From Thermodesulfobacteriota bacterium (GTDB taxonomy: Bacteria; Desulfobacterota_D; UBA1144; Nemesobacterales; CSP1-2): DNA of 64,000 nt. Position numbers and translations under genes: made by a program. Shown here in pieces: positions 47,497 to 58,512 of the stretch. The number at the start of each line of letters is the position of its first letter. Position 1 is the first letter of the stretch. The DNA lies in assembly GCA_035559815.1 (NCBI GenBank), contig DATMAT010000052.1, forward strand, positions 12,219-76,218, written 5' to 3'. Under the pieces are notes generated by a model, which saw only the letters and a program-made list of their open reading frames with translations, searched no databases and was not told where the DNA came from.

Positions 47497-49323
47497 ATGG
47501 CCCGCATTTCACAAATGATGGAGATACACGAACAGGCAAGGTCCTATAATCGGGTAAAGTCAAAGCATATAATAGATTCCCTATATTCCGATTTTACACC
47601 CTGGTACGAGCTTCCTGGTTTCTCTAATAAAATAAAATCACCCGCCGGAAAGATAATAGAATTCGTCGATGATCCTACGGTAATTATTGGAACGGCAAGG
47701 CTCAAGAGCAGGAATAAAGAGGTAGCAATCATCGCCCAGCAGACCCCTTCAAACGATGTAGAGCGGGCTAAGTTCAACTACGGGCTGGTAAAAGCAGACG
47801 GATACGGACTATCCTACAACATGATGCAATATGCGGAGAAGAAAGGCTTGATGCTGCACACATTTGTCGATACCATCGGCGGCGATCCTTTCGAATACTC
47901 CGCAGAAAAACTCCAGTCCTGGCTGATATCGTATTGCCAGGCTAAAATGATTACCCTCAACACCAAGTCCATTTCCACTATTATCGGGAGCGGGGGGAGC
48001 GGAGGGGCAATCGCAATCCAGCTAGCCCATAGACGCTTCATGCTCAGCCGTGCCGAGTATTCGGTTATTACTGCAGAGGGATGCTCGGCGATACTTTTTC
48101 GAAGCCCTTACAACATAGAGGAAGCACTCAAGGTTTTGCAGCCCACTTCCGATTACATGCTTAAATACGGCATAGTCGATAAGGTGATCAAAGAGCCCTC
48201 ACTAGACAGTTCCGACTATTTAACCACCGTGCTCGAAAATATTCAGAAATCCTTGACTCAAGCCACCGATGAACTAGAACGAGCAGACACCAACTATCTC
48301 CAGAAGAGCTTAAGAGACCGGATAGAAGAGTGCGGACAGTTGGAGAAACGGCCTCGAAAATATCAAGCTTTTGCCAGGAAATTAAAATTATGGCTTTTGC
48401 CCTCCCACACCTTTAACAAGTCCGTTACTCCGGAAATTTCTCACATGCAGATAGCATTATATGGTGCAGAGCCTTACGTGTGCAATGATGAAAAAGACCT
48501 GGAAGGAAAGGTAAGCCGGTACGGATGCCGAAACCATTCTACGCAGAAAGAGTTTCAAGAAAATTTTTATGCCTGTCCGTATTGTCAAAAACCCGGTTCG
48601 TTAGGGTCGGATCACTATATCGATTTGCTGCTGGATTCCGGCTCGTTTCATGAGTTACATCCTGATTTAAGCGCAGGAAACGTTGATGGACGGTTCAGTT
48701 TTTATGACTATTCGGAAAGTCTAAGCAAGATGTCCGGACGTACCGACTCCAAGGAAGCATTGGTTATTGGATACGGAACTATTTCCGAATTGCCCGTTGC
48801 CGTCGCGGTCTGCGATTTTCGCTTCATGGGGGGGTCGATGGGAGCCATATTTGGCGAGAAAATGAAGCTCGTTGTAGATTACGCCATTCGCAAAAAGATC
48901 CCTTTGATTTCTATATCCGCAACCGGGGGAGCCAGGATGCAGGAGGGAACGGTAGCTTTATACCAGATGGCCAAAACCATCTCCGCAATCCTAAAACTGA
49001 AAGATGCCGGACTACCCTTTATTTCCATCCTCGGGCACCCCACCACCGGGGGAGCACTGGCCAGCTATACCGTTTTAGGCGATTTCATCATTGCCGAGAA
49101 AAAAGCAACTATTGCTTTTGCCGGAGACCGCGTAGTCAAATTGACCAGCGGGGGGAGGGGGGTGGACCCGAATGTGATGACGGCGGAATTTTTTGCAGAG
49201 CACGGGGGTATGCATCTCGTCACAGAACGGCGTCAGTTAAAATCAATTATAACTGGTTTGCTCTTATTTCCACCATGGAATAAGAGGTTTAAAAAACAAG
49301 CCGAGTCCGATAATGGATACTAA
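47497..49323 (+). CDS. Fused acetyl-CoA carboxylase carboxyltransferase, AccA-like (alpha) N-terminal half and AccD-like (beta, with CxxC-N-CxxC zinc finger) C-terminal half
   Basis: HTFVDTIGGDP...IIGSGGSGGAIAI...SVITAEGCSAILF (AccA); CPYCQK...FMGGSMG...ALYQMAKT...GHPTTGGALASY (AccD). Confidence 0.7.
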   Translation: MARISQMMEIHEQARSYNRVKSKHIIDSLYSDFTPWYELPGFSNKIKSPAGKIIEFVDDPTVIIGTARLKSRNKEVAIIAQQTPSNDVERAKFNYGLVKADGYGLSYNMMQYAEKKGLMLHTFVDTIGGDPFEYSAEKLQSWLISYCQAKMITLNTKSISTIIGSGGSGGAIAIQLAHRRFMLSRAEYSVITAEGCSAILFRSPYNIEEALKVLQPTSDYMLKYGIVDKVIKEPSLDSSDYLTTVLENIQKSLTQATDELERADTNYLQKSLRDRIEECGQLEKRPRKYQAFARKLKLWLLPSHTFNKSVTPEISHMQIALYGAEPYVCNDEKDLEGKVSRYGCRNHSTQKEFQENFYACPYCQKPGSLGSDHYIDLLLDSGSFHELHPDLSAGNVDGRFSFYDYSESLSKMSGRTDSKEALVIGYGTISELPVAVAVCDFRFMGGSMGAIFGEKMKLVVDYAIRKKIPLISISATGGARMQEGTVALYQMAKTISAILKLKDAGLPFISILGHPTTGGALASYTVLGDFIIAEKKATIAFAGDRVVKLTSGGRGVDPNVMTAEFFAEHGGMHLVTERRQLKSIITGLLLFPPWNKRFKKQAESDNGY

Positions 49324-49727
49324 TATAAAAATAAACCTAAGGTTATAGTCAGATTGAATACCAGATTATTAATTATAGTTCTATGAGATGCTTAGGCGCA
49401 CGCAAATTTCAAACTTATGCAGATAGTTGCAAACTTACCTAACAAAAGTTTTAAGCTCAGAACCACAGTATTACCTTTCCGAATCAAAAATTAGGACAAA
49501 AGTCCGATTAATAATACCGTAGACGTAAATTAAAATGGTACAAAAGTATTAGTATTAATACACGGTTATTGTATCCTATTCTTCCTACCGATGTAGCCGA
49601 GAGGCGGAGCTATATGATAATTTCTGCTAATCATCCAAAACACATTTGAGGGGCACAACTAAACAAATTCAAATAAACGAAATACACCAAGCGTTTAAAC
49701 CGTTATTATCGATTCGGAGGTCCCCTT

Positions 49728-50606
49728 TTGTATAAATTAGAACTGCCCGAGAACAAAGACATTCCAGGACTGAGCATACCGAAGACGCTTCCGCATTTTA
49801 ATATTCGTCCTTCACATGGCTGGGTTTCTCTCAAGCTCAAAGACATTTGGGAATACCGAGAGCTTCTATACTTTTTAGTCTGGCGAGATATCAAAGTACG
49901 TTATAAGCAAACCGTACTAGGCGTAGCATGGGCCATATTACAACCTATTTTGACTATGGTGGTATTCAGTATCTTCTTTGGACGACTGGCTAAAGTGCCG
50001 TCTGACGGAATACCTTATCCGCTGTTTGCCTATAGCGCACTAGTACCTTGGCAGCTATTTGCAAACGCCCTGACGGCCTCCGGTAACAGCCTGGTGGCAA
50101 ACCAACAACTTTTAACAAAGGTCTATTTTCCACGCCTGGTCATCCCCATGTCAGCGGTGCTGGCCGGGCTAATCGATTTCGGAGTTTCCTTCCTGGTACT
50201 GATTGGAATGATGTTCTATTTCGGCGTTGTCCCAACTGTAGCAGTTTTAACCTTGCCCCTGCTAATCATGTTAGCTATAGCCAGTGCCCTAGCGGTAGGA
50301 TTATGGTTATCAGCCCTAAACGTCCAATATCGTGATGTGCAATATACAATACCTTTCTTGATGCAATTTTGGCTCTTCCTAACTCCCATTGCCTACCCAA
50401 GTAGCCTGGTACCAGAGAAATGGCGTATATTGTACGGCCTGAATCCAATGGCCGGAGTGGTAGAAGGGTTTCGCTGGGCACTCCTGGGTAAAACCAACGG
50501 AATAGGATCGCTAATATTCGTTTCCGCGTTAGTGGTTGCTATACTCCTTTTTGGAGGTCTGGTGTATTTTAGGCGTATGGAAAGAACATTCGCCGATGTA
50601 GTGTAA
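49728..50606 (+). CDS. wzm: ABC-2 type polysaccharide export permease (Wzm/TagG family)
   Basis: WRDIKVRYKQTVLGVAWAILQPILTM ABC-2 signature; 6 TM. Confidence 0.85.
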   Translation: MYKLELPENKDIPGLSIPKTLPHFNIRPSHGWVSLKLKDIWEYRELLYFLVWRDIKVRYKQTVLGVAWAILQPILTMVVFSIFFGRLAKVPSDGIPYPLFAYSALVPWQLFANALTASGNSLVANQQLLTKVYFPRLVIPMSAVLAGLIDFGVSFLVLIGMMFYFGVVPTVAVLTLPLLIMLAIASALAVGLWLSALNVQYRDVQYTIPFLMQFWLFLTPIAYPSSLVPEKWRILYGLNPMAGVVEGFRWALLGKTNGIGSLIFVSALVVAILLFGGLVYFRRMERTFADVV

Positions 50607-50609
50607 ATT

Positions 50610-51932
50610 ATGAGTGAAGTCGCTATCAGTGTTAAAAACCTTAGCAAGAAGTACCATATTGGGCAGCGCCAGCGCCATAATGCCCTTCGTGACAAAATCA
50701 CCGACGCTATGTACACAAGTCTCCGCCGCCTTTCGCGATTTGTGAATGGACAACCGGCAGCTTATAAAGAAGATAACATTATTTGGGCTCTAAAAGATGT
50801 CTCTCTCCAGGTGAAACGAGGCGAGGCTGTTGGCATCACTGGTCCCAACGGTGCCGGTAAGAGCACGCTACTAAAGATTCTCACTCGGATCACCGAGCCG
50901 ACGGAGGGCTATGCCGACATCTACGGTCGAGTGGGCTCACTACTGGAGATCGGTACTGGATTCCATTCAGAATTGACCGGACGAGAGAACATATATCTGA
51001 ACGGAGCTATCCTGGGCATGAAGAAAACAGAGATCGACCGAAAATTTGACGAGATTGTTGCATTTTCGGAGATCGAGAGGTTTCTGGACACTCCGGTGAA
51101 GCGCTATTCCAGTGGCATGTATATGCGCCTGGCATTTTCCGTAGCTGCTCATCTTGAACCGGAGATTTTATTAATCGATGAGGTCTTGTCCGTAGGTGAC
51201 GCTTCCTTCCAGAAAAAGTGCTTTGCTAAAATGGAAGAAATAAGACACGAAGGTCGTACAATACTTTTTGTCTCACATAATTTAGGCGCTATTACCCGTC
51301 TTTGTCAAAGAACTATTCTCTTCGAAGAAGGACGAATTTCAGCGGACGGGCCATCTCATCAAGTTATCAGTGCTTACTTAACACCAGGAACTGGTACAAC
51401 CGCCGAGAGAATATGGACTGACCCGGAAAAGGCTCCCCAGGGTGATATCACTCGCCTCCGTGCTGTACGGGTAAGGTCAGTAGAGGGCCATCTGATTGAT
51501 AAAATCGACATCAGACAACCTTTAAGGGTGGAGATGGAATACGAGGTTCTCAAACCAGACCATATAATCATGCCCCATTTTGCCTTTTACAACGAGGAAG
51601 GCGTTTTGGCTTTTTCAGCCCATGACCTCGATCCGGCCTGGCGGAAGCGCCCCCGTCCGGTTGGCTCATATGTAAGCACGGCATGGATTCCTGGCAATCT
51701 CCTAGCAGATGGTACTTTTTCGGTAGGAGCAGGGATTGATACGATTGACCCTATTATCTTCCAGTTTTATGAATACGACGTAGTAGCATTCCATGTGATA
51801 GACAATCTTGAAGGAGACACCGCTCGGGGTGATTTCACCGGGGACATGGGCGGTGTTCTTAGACCAATGCTTAAGTGGAGTACACAATTCAATGGCGACG
51901 AATCCTATACTAAACAGCGCTCAAAATCATAA
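50610..51932 (+). CDS. wzt: ABC transporter ATP-binding protein Wzt with about 150-aa C-terminal extension (probable glycan-terminus binding domain)
   Basis: Walker A GPNGAGKST, signature YSSGMYMRLAF, Walker B ILLIDE; extra C-terminal beta-rich domain. Confidence 0.85.
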   Translation: MSEVAISVKNLSKKYHIGQRQRHNALRDKITDAMYTSLRRLSRFVNGQPAAYKEDNIIWALKDVSLQVKRGEAVGITGPNGAGKSTLLKILTRITEPTEGYADIYGRVGSLLEIGTGFHSELTGRENIYLNGAILGMKKTEIDRKFDEIVAFSEIERFLDTPVKRYSSGMYMRLAFSVAAHLEPEILLIDEVLSVGDASFQKKCFAKMEEIRHEGRTILFVSHNLGAITRLCQRTILFEEGRISADGPSHQVISAYLTPGTGTTAERIWTDPEKAPQGDITRLRAVRVRSVEGHLIDKIDIRQPLRVEMEYEVLKPDHIIMPHFAFYNEEGVLAFSAHDLDPAWRKRPRPVGSYVSTAWIPGNLLADGTFSVGAGIDTIDPIIFQFYEYDVVAFHVIDNLEGDTARGDFTGDMGGVLRPMLKWSTQFNGDESYTKQRSKS

Positions 51933-51963
51933 TTAACGCCATTGCTGGATCCCGTAAAAGAAA

Positions 51964-52965
51964 ATGCGTAGCCAGCCCCTGGTATCTGCCATCATTATCT
52001 TTTTCAATGCCGAGAAATTCCTAGAGGAAGCCATAGAGAGCATTTTTGCCCAGACCTATGACAACTGGGAATTGTTACTCGTGGATGACGGTTCGACCGA
52101 CGGAAGCAGCAGAATCGCCTTAAATTATGCCGAGCAACACCCCGATAAGGTGTTCTATCTTGAACATGAAGGGCATCAAAACCGAGGAATGAGTACTTCC
52201 CGCAATCTAGGAATAAGACACGCCAGAGGTGAGTATATAGCTTTCCTGGATGCAGATGATGTATGGTTCCCTGAAAAACTAGAAGAGCAAGTAGCCATCC
52301 TCAACTCTAACCGAAGGGCGGCAATGGTTTATGGGCGCACCCTGATTTGGCGTACCTGGATGAAAGACCCCGCAAACAAACAACGTGATTTCATGTTTGA
52401 CCTAGGGCTGCAGCCAAATACTTTAGTCAAGCCACCTATACTGGTCCTTCTTTTGCTGCAAGGTAAATATCAAACACCAACCACCTGCAACGCCATGATA
52501 AGACGAGAAGTATTCGAGGAGATAGGGGGATTCATAGAGGACTTTCGGGGCATGCATGAGGACCAGGTCTTTTTTGTAAAACTTGGCCTGAAGCTTCCTG
52601 CATTTGTAGCAAATGAATGCTGGGCTAAGTACAGACAGCACCCGGATAGCTGTTGTGCCATTGCCGAGAAAAATGGAGAATCTGATTCCGCCTGGTTGAA
52701 TTTTTTAGACTGGATAAGAGGCCACTTAATCGAGCAGGGCGTGACCGACAGAAGAGTATGGAGTGCTTTAAAGAAGGCGTGGCGGCCGGTCCCATACCAG
52801 GCTTCTCACGGCATTTTAGGCCTCTTTCAGAATCTTAAATGGCACACAGAAAGAAAGCTGATATGGATAGCCCTGGGAGTAGCTAAATGGACATTGCCCG
52901 CTCCTGCCTACCGCTGGATTCAGATGAAACGGGGGATCATTTTGCCAGATACCATAAAAAACTAA
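51964..52965 (+). CDS. GT2 family glycosyltransferase (paralog group with 58509 and 60741 genes)
   Basis: PLVSAIIIFFNAEKFLEEAIESIFAQTYDNWELLLVDDGSTDGS ... DADD GT-A motifs. Confidence 0.85.
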   Translation: MRSQPLVSAIIIFFNAEKFLEEAIESIFAQTYDNWELLLVDDGSTDGSSRIALNYAEQHPDKVFYLEHEGHQNRGMSTSRNLGIRHARGEYIAFLDADDVWFPEKLEEQVAILNSNRRAAMVYGRTLIWRTWMKDPANKQRDFMFDLGLQPNTLVKPPILVLLLLQGKYQTPTTCNAMIRREVFEEIGGFIEDFRGMHEDQVFFVKLGLKLPAFVANECWAKYRQHPDSCCAIAEKNGESDSAWLNFLDWIRGHLIEQGVTDRRVWSALKKAWRPVPYQASHGILGLFQNLKWHTERKLIWIALGVAKWTLPAPAYRWIQMKRGIILPDTIKN

Positions 52966-53019
52966 CAAACTTTACGTAGACATCTTTAAGATTTACTAAT
53001 CATAAGGTTATTTCCCACG

Positions 53020-54291
53020 ATGAAAATCGCCTTTATTAGCTATGAATATCCTCCAGACGCCGCCTATGGCGGTATTGGAACTTATGTGTACCAAGCAGCC
53101 AGAATGTTGAAGGAGCGAGGCCATCATGTAGAGGTATTTACCAGCAGCCCGTACCGCTCCGGAAGCGAGACTGAGGATGGTGTAATAGTTCACCGAGTCT
53201 TGGAAAAGGAACAACAAAACTTCTCTACACCGATCGGTCAAATCTTCGCAAACCGTAACGCCGCTGTGCAATTTGACGTGCTTGAAGGGCCGGACTACGC
53301 TGCCGATGCCAGAGAAGCCGTTCGGCTCGTTCCTGAGATACCGTTAGTGATTAAGCTGCACACTCCCTCCATTGTGCTATTCAGGCTCAACTTCTACAAA
53401 CCAGAATCCTCTTTTCTGAGAAAGTCTCGGCTCTACGTAAAATCAATACTTAAAGGTGTAAAACATTCTTGGGGGTATGATCCAGACATTGAGGCTTACC
53501 GTTTATACACCTTGAAGGCTGATGAGATAGAGCGCTCGCATGCGCTTGATGCGGATGAGATTGCTACGCCCTCCAGAGCATTGGGAAACATAATGATTAA
53601 AGAATGGGGTATCGATGAGACAAAAGTCTCCCACGTCCCTTATCCTTATATTCCTACAGACAAGTTGCTTAATATACCAGTGGATACAAATACAAATGTT
53701 GTTACTTTCTTAGGTAGGCTTGAAATACGTAAAGGAGTACTTGACTTGGCAAAGGCTATTCCAATCATTTTACAACGTTACCCTCGGGTCAAGTTTCGTT
53801 TTGTTGGCTCATCCGAGCCTTCACCTAAACCAAATGTACCTATGCAACAATACTTGGAACATGCGTTACAGCGTTACAATAAATCGGTCGAGTTTACCGG
53901 CTTTGTACCGCCTGAAAGTGTTCTTGACATCTTAGCCGACACAGATATATGCGTTTTTCCCAGCATTTGGGAGAACTTCCCCTGCGTGTGCTTAGAAGCA
54001 ATGGCCGCGGCCCGTGGAATTGTTGGAAGTCAGGCGGGAGGTATGGTTGATATGTTAGACGCTGGCCGGGTAGGCAAACTTATTCCCCCTCTCAGCCCCG
54101 AAAGAATTGCGGAAGCGGTAATAGAGTTATTAGAAGACCCGAGCTTGCGTATGGCACTGGGACAGGCCGCTCGTGAACGCCTGCTTTCCGAGTACAATAT
54201 TAATCGTATAAGTACACTTCAGGAAGCCAGTTACACGCGTGCTATTATCCGAAGACGAAGCATGGGAACCCGCTTTAGGAAAGTCTCCTAA
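53020..54291 (+). CDS. GT4 family glycosyltransferase (GT-B fold)
   Basis: EYPPDAAYGGIGTY N-terminus; FPSIWENFPCVCLEAMAAARGIV E-x7-E motif region. Confidence 0.85.
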   Translation: MKIAFISYEYPPDAAYGGIGTYVYQAARMLKERGHHVEVFTSSPYRSGSETEDGVIVHRVLEKEQQNFSTPIGQIFANRNAAVQFDVLEGPDYAADAREAVRLVPEIPLVIKLHTPSIVLFRLNFYKPESSFLRKSRLYVKSILKGVKHSWGYDPDIEAYRLYTLKADEIERSHALDADEIATPSRALGNIMIKEWGIDETKVSHVPYPYIPTDKLLNIPVDTNTNVVTFLGRLEIRKGVLDLAKAIPIILQRYPRVKFRFVGSSEPSPKPNVPMQQYLEHALQRYNKSVEFTGFVPPESVLDILADTDICVFPSIWENFPCVCLEAMAAARGIVGSQAGGMVDMLDAGRVGKLIPPLSPERIAEAVIELLEDPSLRMALGQAARERLLSEYNINRISTLQEASYTRAIIRRRSMGTRFRKVS

Positions 54292-54500
54292 TGAGGGTTT
54301 GTAGTTCGGTTATCGTGAAACTAAATAGAAAGCACATTAAATGAACAAAATCATATTAAATAATCGTCTCTGGTGCCTACACCTTACCACTTGGGTTATG
54401 TTCTAAATTTTTGTTCCGTCTTTGTTGAGTTTACTTTGCACACCATAATTAATTCGCTGATTATAAATTTCCGTTTCAGCATATAATCGAAGTTTCAAGA

Positions 54501-57197
54501 ATGAACGTATCAGTTATCATCGCCGCCCACAACGCTGAGGACACTATAGCAGAGACCCTTCAGTCTCTACTCAACCAGAGCTTTCCGCACTGGGAGGCAA
54601 TAGTGGTCGACGACGGGTCGAGTGATGGCACCGAAAATGTTGTGAAAGGCTTTGTGGAGCGAGATGCTCGCTTTCGGCTTTTAAAACAACAGCAGATGGG
54701 GGTGAGCATAGCCAGAAATAACGGTATCAAACTGGCCCGTTCTGACTGGCTAGTTTTCTTAGATTCCGATGACTGGATTTTCCCCAGTCATTTAGAACGC
54801 TTGACCGGGCTAATCGAGGCTGACCCGACCCTGGACGTTGCCTATTGCGGCTGGGCCTATTTCACACCCGATGGTGAGCGAGTATTTGAAGAGTTTTATG
54901 GTAAAACCGGAGACTTGTTTGCTGACTACACCGCCTCTTGCGTCTCCGTATTACACACCTACATCGTTAGACGCTCTCTAGTCATAGCCGTTGGAGGCTT
55001 TGACCCCACTTACCGCACTTGTGAGGATTGGGATCTCTTCCAGCGAATTGCCCGAACTGGAGCACGTTTTGGGGGAATTGGAGAAACCCTAGCAGCTTAC
55101 CGAATGCGGCCCGGATCTGCTACATGTAACAGTCTACAATTACTCAAAGATGGTATACGGGTCTTGAATCAGGGGCACGCACCGGACCCTCGCCTCGCCC
55201 AGCTCCATATTCCTTACCCTGAGGGTTTACCCAAGGAACAACTGATAAAAAACAAGTTTGACTTACTCTCCGCCTGTGCTGGATATGCAATTGGAAGCGG
55301 GTATGATGCAAGGCCATTACTCGAAGAGCTAAAAGGTGAGAAATGTTTAACGCTTAACCCCAATGAAGCAGCTAACTGCATCTTCCGACATGCCATGGTA
55401 TCTGCATCCAGGCCTAGAAGCGAGTGGTACAAGCTTTGGACGGGCTTTGAAGATAAAGTAAAAGATTTTCTAGACGCGTTAGAAGCTCATACCGGTACTC
55501 CGGGGCTGGCTGGTCATGCACTCTGGTTTAGCAAAAATCTGGTGATGAGATATGCAAAAGACCCTGGGCTCGGGCGGCGCCTCGGATCCTTACAAGCACA
55601 TTTGATTCTGTGTATATCAAGTTCGATCAAAGAAACAGCTCGGAGACTCCATAAAGCCAAACAAATTTTGAAACGCTCCTCCCGGGTGGCTCTGCTGATG
55701 ATTCCTGAACTGAAACACATTTCCAAGAATATGAGGGGCCTCCTCAAACCAAGGAAAAAGGAAAACCCAGCTCTATCCAGGGAAAAGAGCAACCCCAAAG
55801 CTCACTTTGAGGAACTCTTTTCAAAAAGTCCCGACCCCTGGAATTATACAAATCCTTATGAGCAAACCAAGTATGAACAAACATTGAGTTTGATCCCGGA
55901 TGAGCCGATCGAAAAAGCCCTAGAGCTAGCCTGCGCAGAGGGGCACTTCACCGTACAGCTTGCACCCCGCGTCAAACATCTGCTGGCCGCTGACATATCA
56001 CAAATCGCTCTTCGCCGTGCCGCCGATCGTTGTAATAACCTTAAAAACGTGGCTTTCCAGTGTCTTGATATCACAAAGGACCCAATTCCCGGACAATTTG
56101 ACCTGATAGTTTGCAGTGAAGTCCTATATTTCGTCGGTGATCAAAAGAAACTAAGGACCACAGCAGAGAAGCTGGCAAACTGCTTAAATCCTGGAGGATA
56201 CCTACTGATGGCCCATGCAAATCTAATCGTGGATGAGCCCAATCAACCCGGATTTAATTGGGACCATGCATTCGGAGGAAAGGTTATCGGCGAGACATTC
56301 GCCCGTCACCATAATCTGGAATTTAGAAAAGAACTGCGTACGCCCCTCTATCGTATCCAACTCTTTCAGCGTAAGGACCACATTAACTTTTTTTCACGCA
56401 ACTGTGCCCCAAAGGCCATTGAACTCGCCCAGCACGGACCACTGCCGTCTAAGGTAGCCACGCAGGTTTTGTGGAACACGGATAAACTCCCGATTCTCAT
56501 ATATCGACGCGTGGGACCGATTAAGTCAGATACTCAGAATTACTCCACAGTCACGCCCGAGGCGTTTGAGGAACAACTGTGTTACTTACGTGACACTGAC
56601 CACGAGAGTATCAGTTTATATGAATGGCTTTATGCCGTGCATAGCAAAACCCCGCTAACAGGTCGAAAGGTAGTGATAACTTTTGACGAAGGTTGTCAAG
56701 ATTTCCTAACCTATGCCTGGCCTTTGTTGAAAAGATATGGTTTCTCGGCTGTTGTCTTCCTCATCACAGGCCAAATTGTAAGATCTAATAGCCAACATCA
56801 AAATCACCAAAAAGAAGTTACGCCACTTTCTTGGAAAGAAATCCGTCAACTCCAGTCCGAGGGTATCACTTTTGGCTCCTATTCCGTCAGCCATCCTGAT
56901 CTTACCTCAATATCCCTGAAAAAGGCACTCTGGGAAATTAGGAGATCCCGAGCCACACTTGAGAGGGAATTAGGCACATATATATCCTACTTCGCTTATC
57001 CCTATGGCAAATTCAACCGGTTGATTGAATACTTAGTCGGAATCAGCGGCTACGATTTTGGCCTATCCTCGGAACCAGGTCTATGCACGATGAGTCATTC
57101 CTTGCTGGCATTACCCCGCATCGAGGTTAAGGGCTCGGATAGTATAGAGGATTTTGCGGCAAAGCTCTGGGATATTTCTCCAGATAAAAAAGCTTAG
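54501..57197 (+). CDS. Trifunctional protein: N-terminal GT2 glycosyltransferase, central class I SAM methyltransferase, C-terminal CE4 (NodB-type) polysaccharide deacetylase
   Basis: VSVIIAAHNAEDTI...VVDDGSSDGT...DSDD (GT2); LACAEGHFTVQLAPRVKHLLAADIS...DLIVCSEVLYF (MTase); VVITFDEGCQDF...SHPDL...AYPYG (CE4). Confidence 0.8.
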   Translation: MNVSVIIAAHNAEDTIAETLQSLLNQSFPHWEAIVVDDGSSDGTENVVKGFVERDARFRLLKQQQMGVSIARNNGIKLARSDWLVFLDSDDWIFPSHLERLTGLIEADPTLDVAYCGWAYFTPDGERVFEEFYGKTGDLFADYTASCVSVLHTYIVRRSLVIAVGGFDPTYRTCEDWDLFQRIARTGARFGGIGETLAAYRMRPGSATCNSLQLLKDGIRVLNQGHAPDPRLAQLHIPYPEGLPKEQLIKNKFDLLSACAGYAIGSGYDARPLLEELKGEKCLTLNPNEAANCIFRHAMVSASRPRSEWYKLWTGFEDKVKDFLDALEAHTGTPGLAGHALWFSKNLVMRYAKDPGLGRRLGSLQAHLILCISSSIKETARRLHKAKQILKRSSRVALLMIPELKHISKNMRGLLKPRKKENPALSREKSNPKAHFEELFSKSPDPWNYTNPYEQTKYEQTLSLIPDEPIEKALELACAEGHFTVQLAPRVKHLLAADISQIALRRAADRCNNLKNVAFQCLDITKDPIPGQFDLIVCSEVLYFVGDQKKLRTTAEKLANCLNPGGYLLMAHANLIVDEPNQPGFNWDHAFGGKVIGETFARHHNLEFRKELRTPLYRIQLFQRKDHINFFSRNCAPKAIELAQHGPLPSKVATQVLWNTDKLPILIYRRVGPIKSDTQNYSTVTPEAFEEQLCYLRDTDHESISLYEWLYAVHSKTPLTGRKVVITFDEGCQDFLTYAWPLLKRYGFSAVVFLITGQIVRSNSQHQNHQKEVTPLSWKEIRQLQSEGITFGSYSVSHPDLTSISLKKALWEIRRSRATLERELGTYISYFAYPYGKFNRLIEYLVGISGYDFGLSSEPGLCTMSHSLLALPRIEVKGSDSIEDFAAKLWDISPDKKA

Positions 57198-57417
57198 ATA
57201 TTTTAGCACCAGCAGATTTAGTTGATTCAAGTCTAAAAGTCATTTCGAACAAATATCGTGATCTTATTTCAAAATATTCACCGTTTATTTTTATAATGGG
57301 GAACACACTGTAAAACATTGCTAAAAGCAAGATTTATTCATGGAGATCGCTGTCAATTTTTAAGATGCACCGTATCTTTAGAATTTAATTAAATTTTCGT
57401 GTCAGTTTCTTGAATAA

Positions 57418-58512
57418 ATGGAAAAGTTACTCCAAAAATCCTTATTATCAAGCTACTCTCTGTTTGGATTGGCATTGGCGTCAATATTGGGCTCATTATA
57501 TTCAGATCCGATTTTTTTGCGAAACCTTTTCTTGGCATTGGGTAGCCTTTTATTCTTAATTGCCATACTAAGACTCAACTCACAAAACCGAGAACAAGAG
57601 CCAAACACCAGATTCACAACATCAACAGACTGGGGCATAATTGACTTATCAGTTGAAGAGACCAATAAACGAACCATATTATCTTTAACCGTTAAGGAAT
57701 TAATTCTGTGGCTTCTTCTCTTAGCTTCTTTTTTTTCTCTGTTCCTTCTTGTTTTCTACCCACGCCGCTACGACCTATTAAGTAGAGAGGATTATATCGT
57801 AGAAACGGTTACAGCTACCCTTTTATTCATTAGCTGTGGGATTTTTATACGGATAATGGCCAAGCTGATGCATTTTTATAAACCTAGTAACATTTTCGTC
57901 ATCACCACATTGGTTTTGGCACTAATTCTATTTTTGGATGGAATGGAGGAAGTTTCTTGGTTTCAACGGGTTTTCAATATTAAAACCCCTCAAGAATTCT
58001 CCGGTAATGTGCAGGGAGAATTAAATATCCACAATTTTGCGACTGGCTTTTCTCATAAGGCCTATTTTTTTGGTGCATTCTGCCTTTTTATTTTCCTGCC
58101 TTTTTTGAAAGCTGAGACATCATTACTAGGAAAAAAGATATTTTCATTCTTTTTACCCAGTCGATTCTTGATATTTACAGGTACTCTATTCATGGCTTAT
58201 GATTTCGATGCTTATTTTTCCAATCCGTTACCACAATTCACATACCTAGTTACACTGTTTATTCTTATTTATTACACATGGCGTCTGCGCTCTGTAGACA
58301 TGACTTTTTTGCTGCCTATCCTCGTTATATACTATTTACTAGCTCCTTTTGTATTCTCCAATTTCGCGTTTCAACTTGGCGTGAATGCCTGGAGGATAGG
58401 TGAATACAAAGAACTTTCCATCAGTGTCTGTTTTCTACTATATTCTTTAGAAATACTTTCTAAAGGTAAACCACTTGAATCTATAGATTTACCAAAGTCT
58501 ACCTGGTCATGA
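57418..58512 (+). CDS. Polytopic integral membrane protein of unknown function inside the glycan cluster (about 9-10 TM)
   Basis: Hydrophobic helices throughout; 4-bp start/stop overlap with downstream GT2 gene. Confidence 0.5.
   Translation: MEKLLQKSLLSSYSLFGLALASILGSLYSDPIFLRNLFLALGSLLFLIAILRLNSQNREQEPNTRFTTSTDWGIIDLSVEETNKRTILSLTVKELILWLLLLASFFSLFLLVFYPRRYDLLSREDYIVETVTATLLFISCGIFIRIMAKLMHFYKPSNIFVITTLVLALILFLDGMEEVSWFQRVFNIKTPQEFSGNVQGELNIHNFATGFSHKAYFFGAFCLFIFLPFLKAETSLLGKKIFSFFLPSRFLIFTGTLFMAYDFDAYFSNPLPQFTYLVTLFILIYYTWRLRSVDMTFLLPILVIYYLLAPFVFSNFAFQLGVNAWRIGEYKELSISVCFLLYSLEILSKGKPLESIDLPKSTWS

Noticed and set aside
49324-49727. tRNA or small RNA gene in the 400-bp AT-rich gap
   Set aside because: No GC-rich cloverleaf-compatible segment, no GTTC/TPsiC-like box; looks like a plain AT-rich promoter/leader region.
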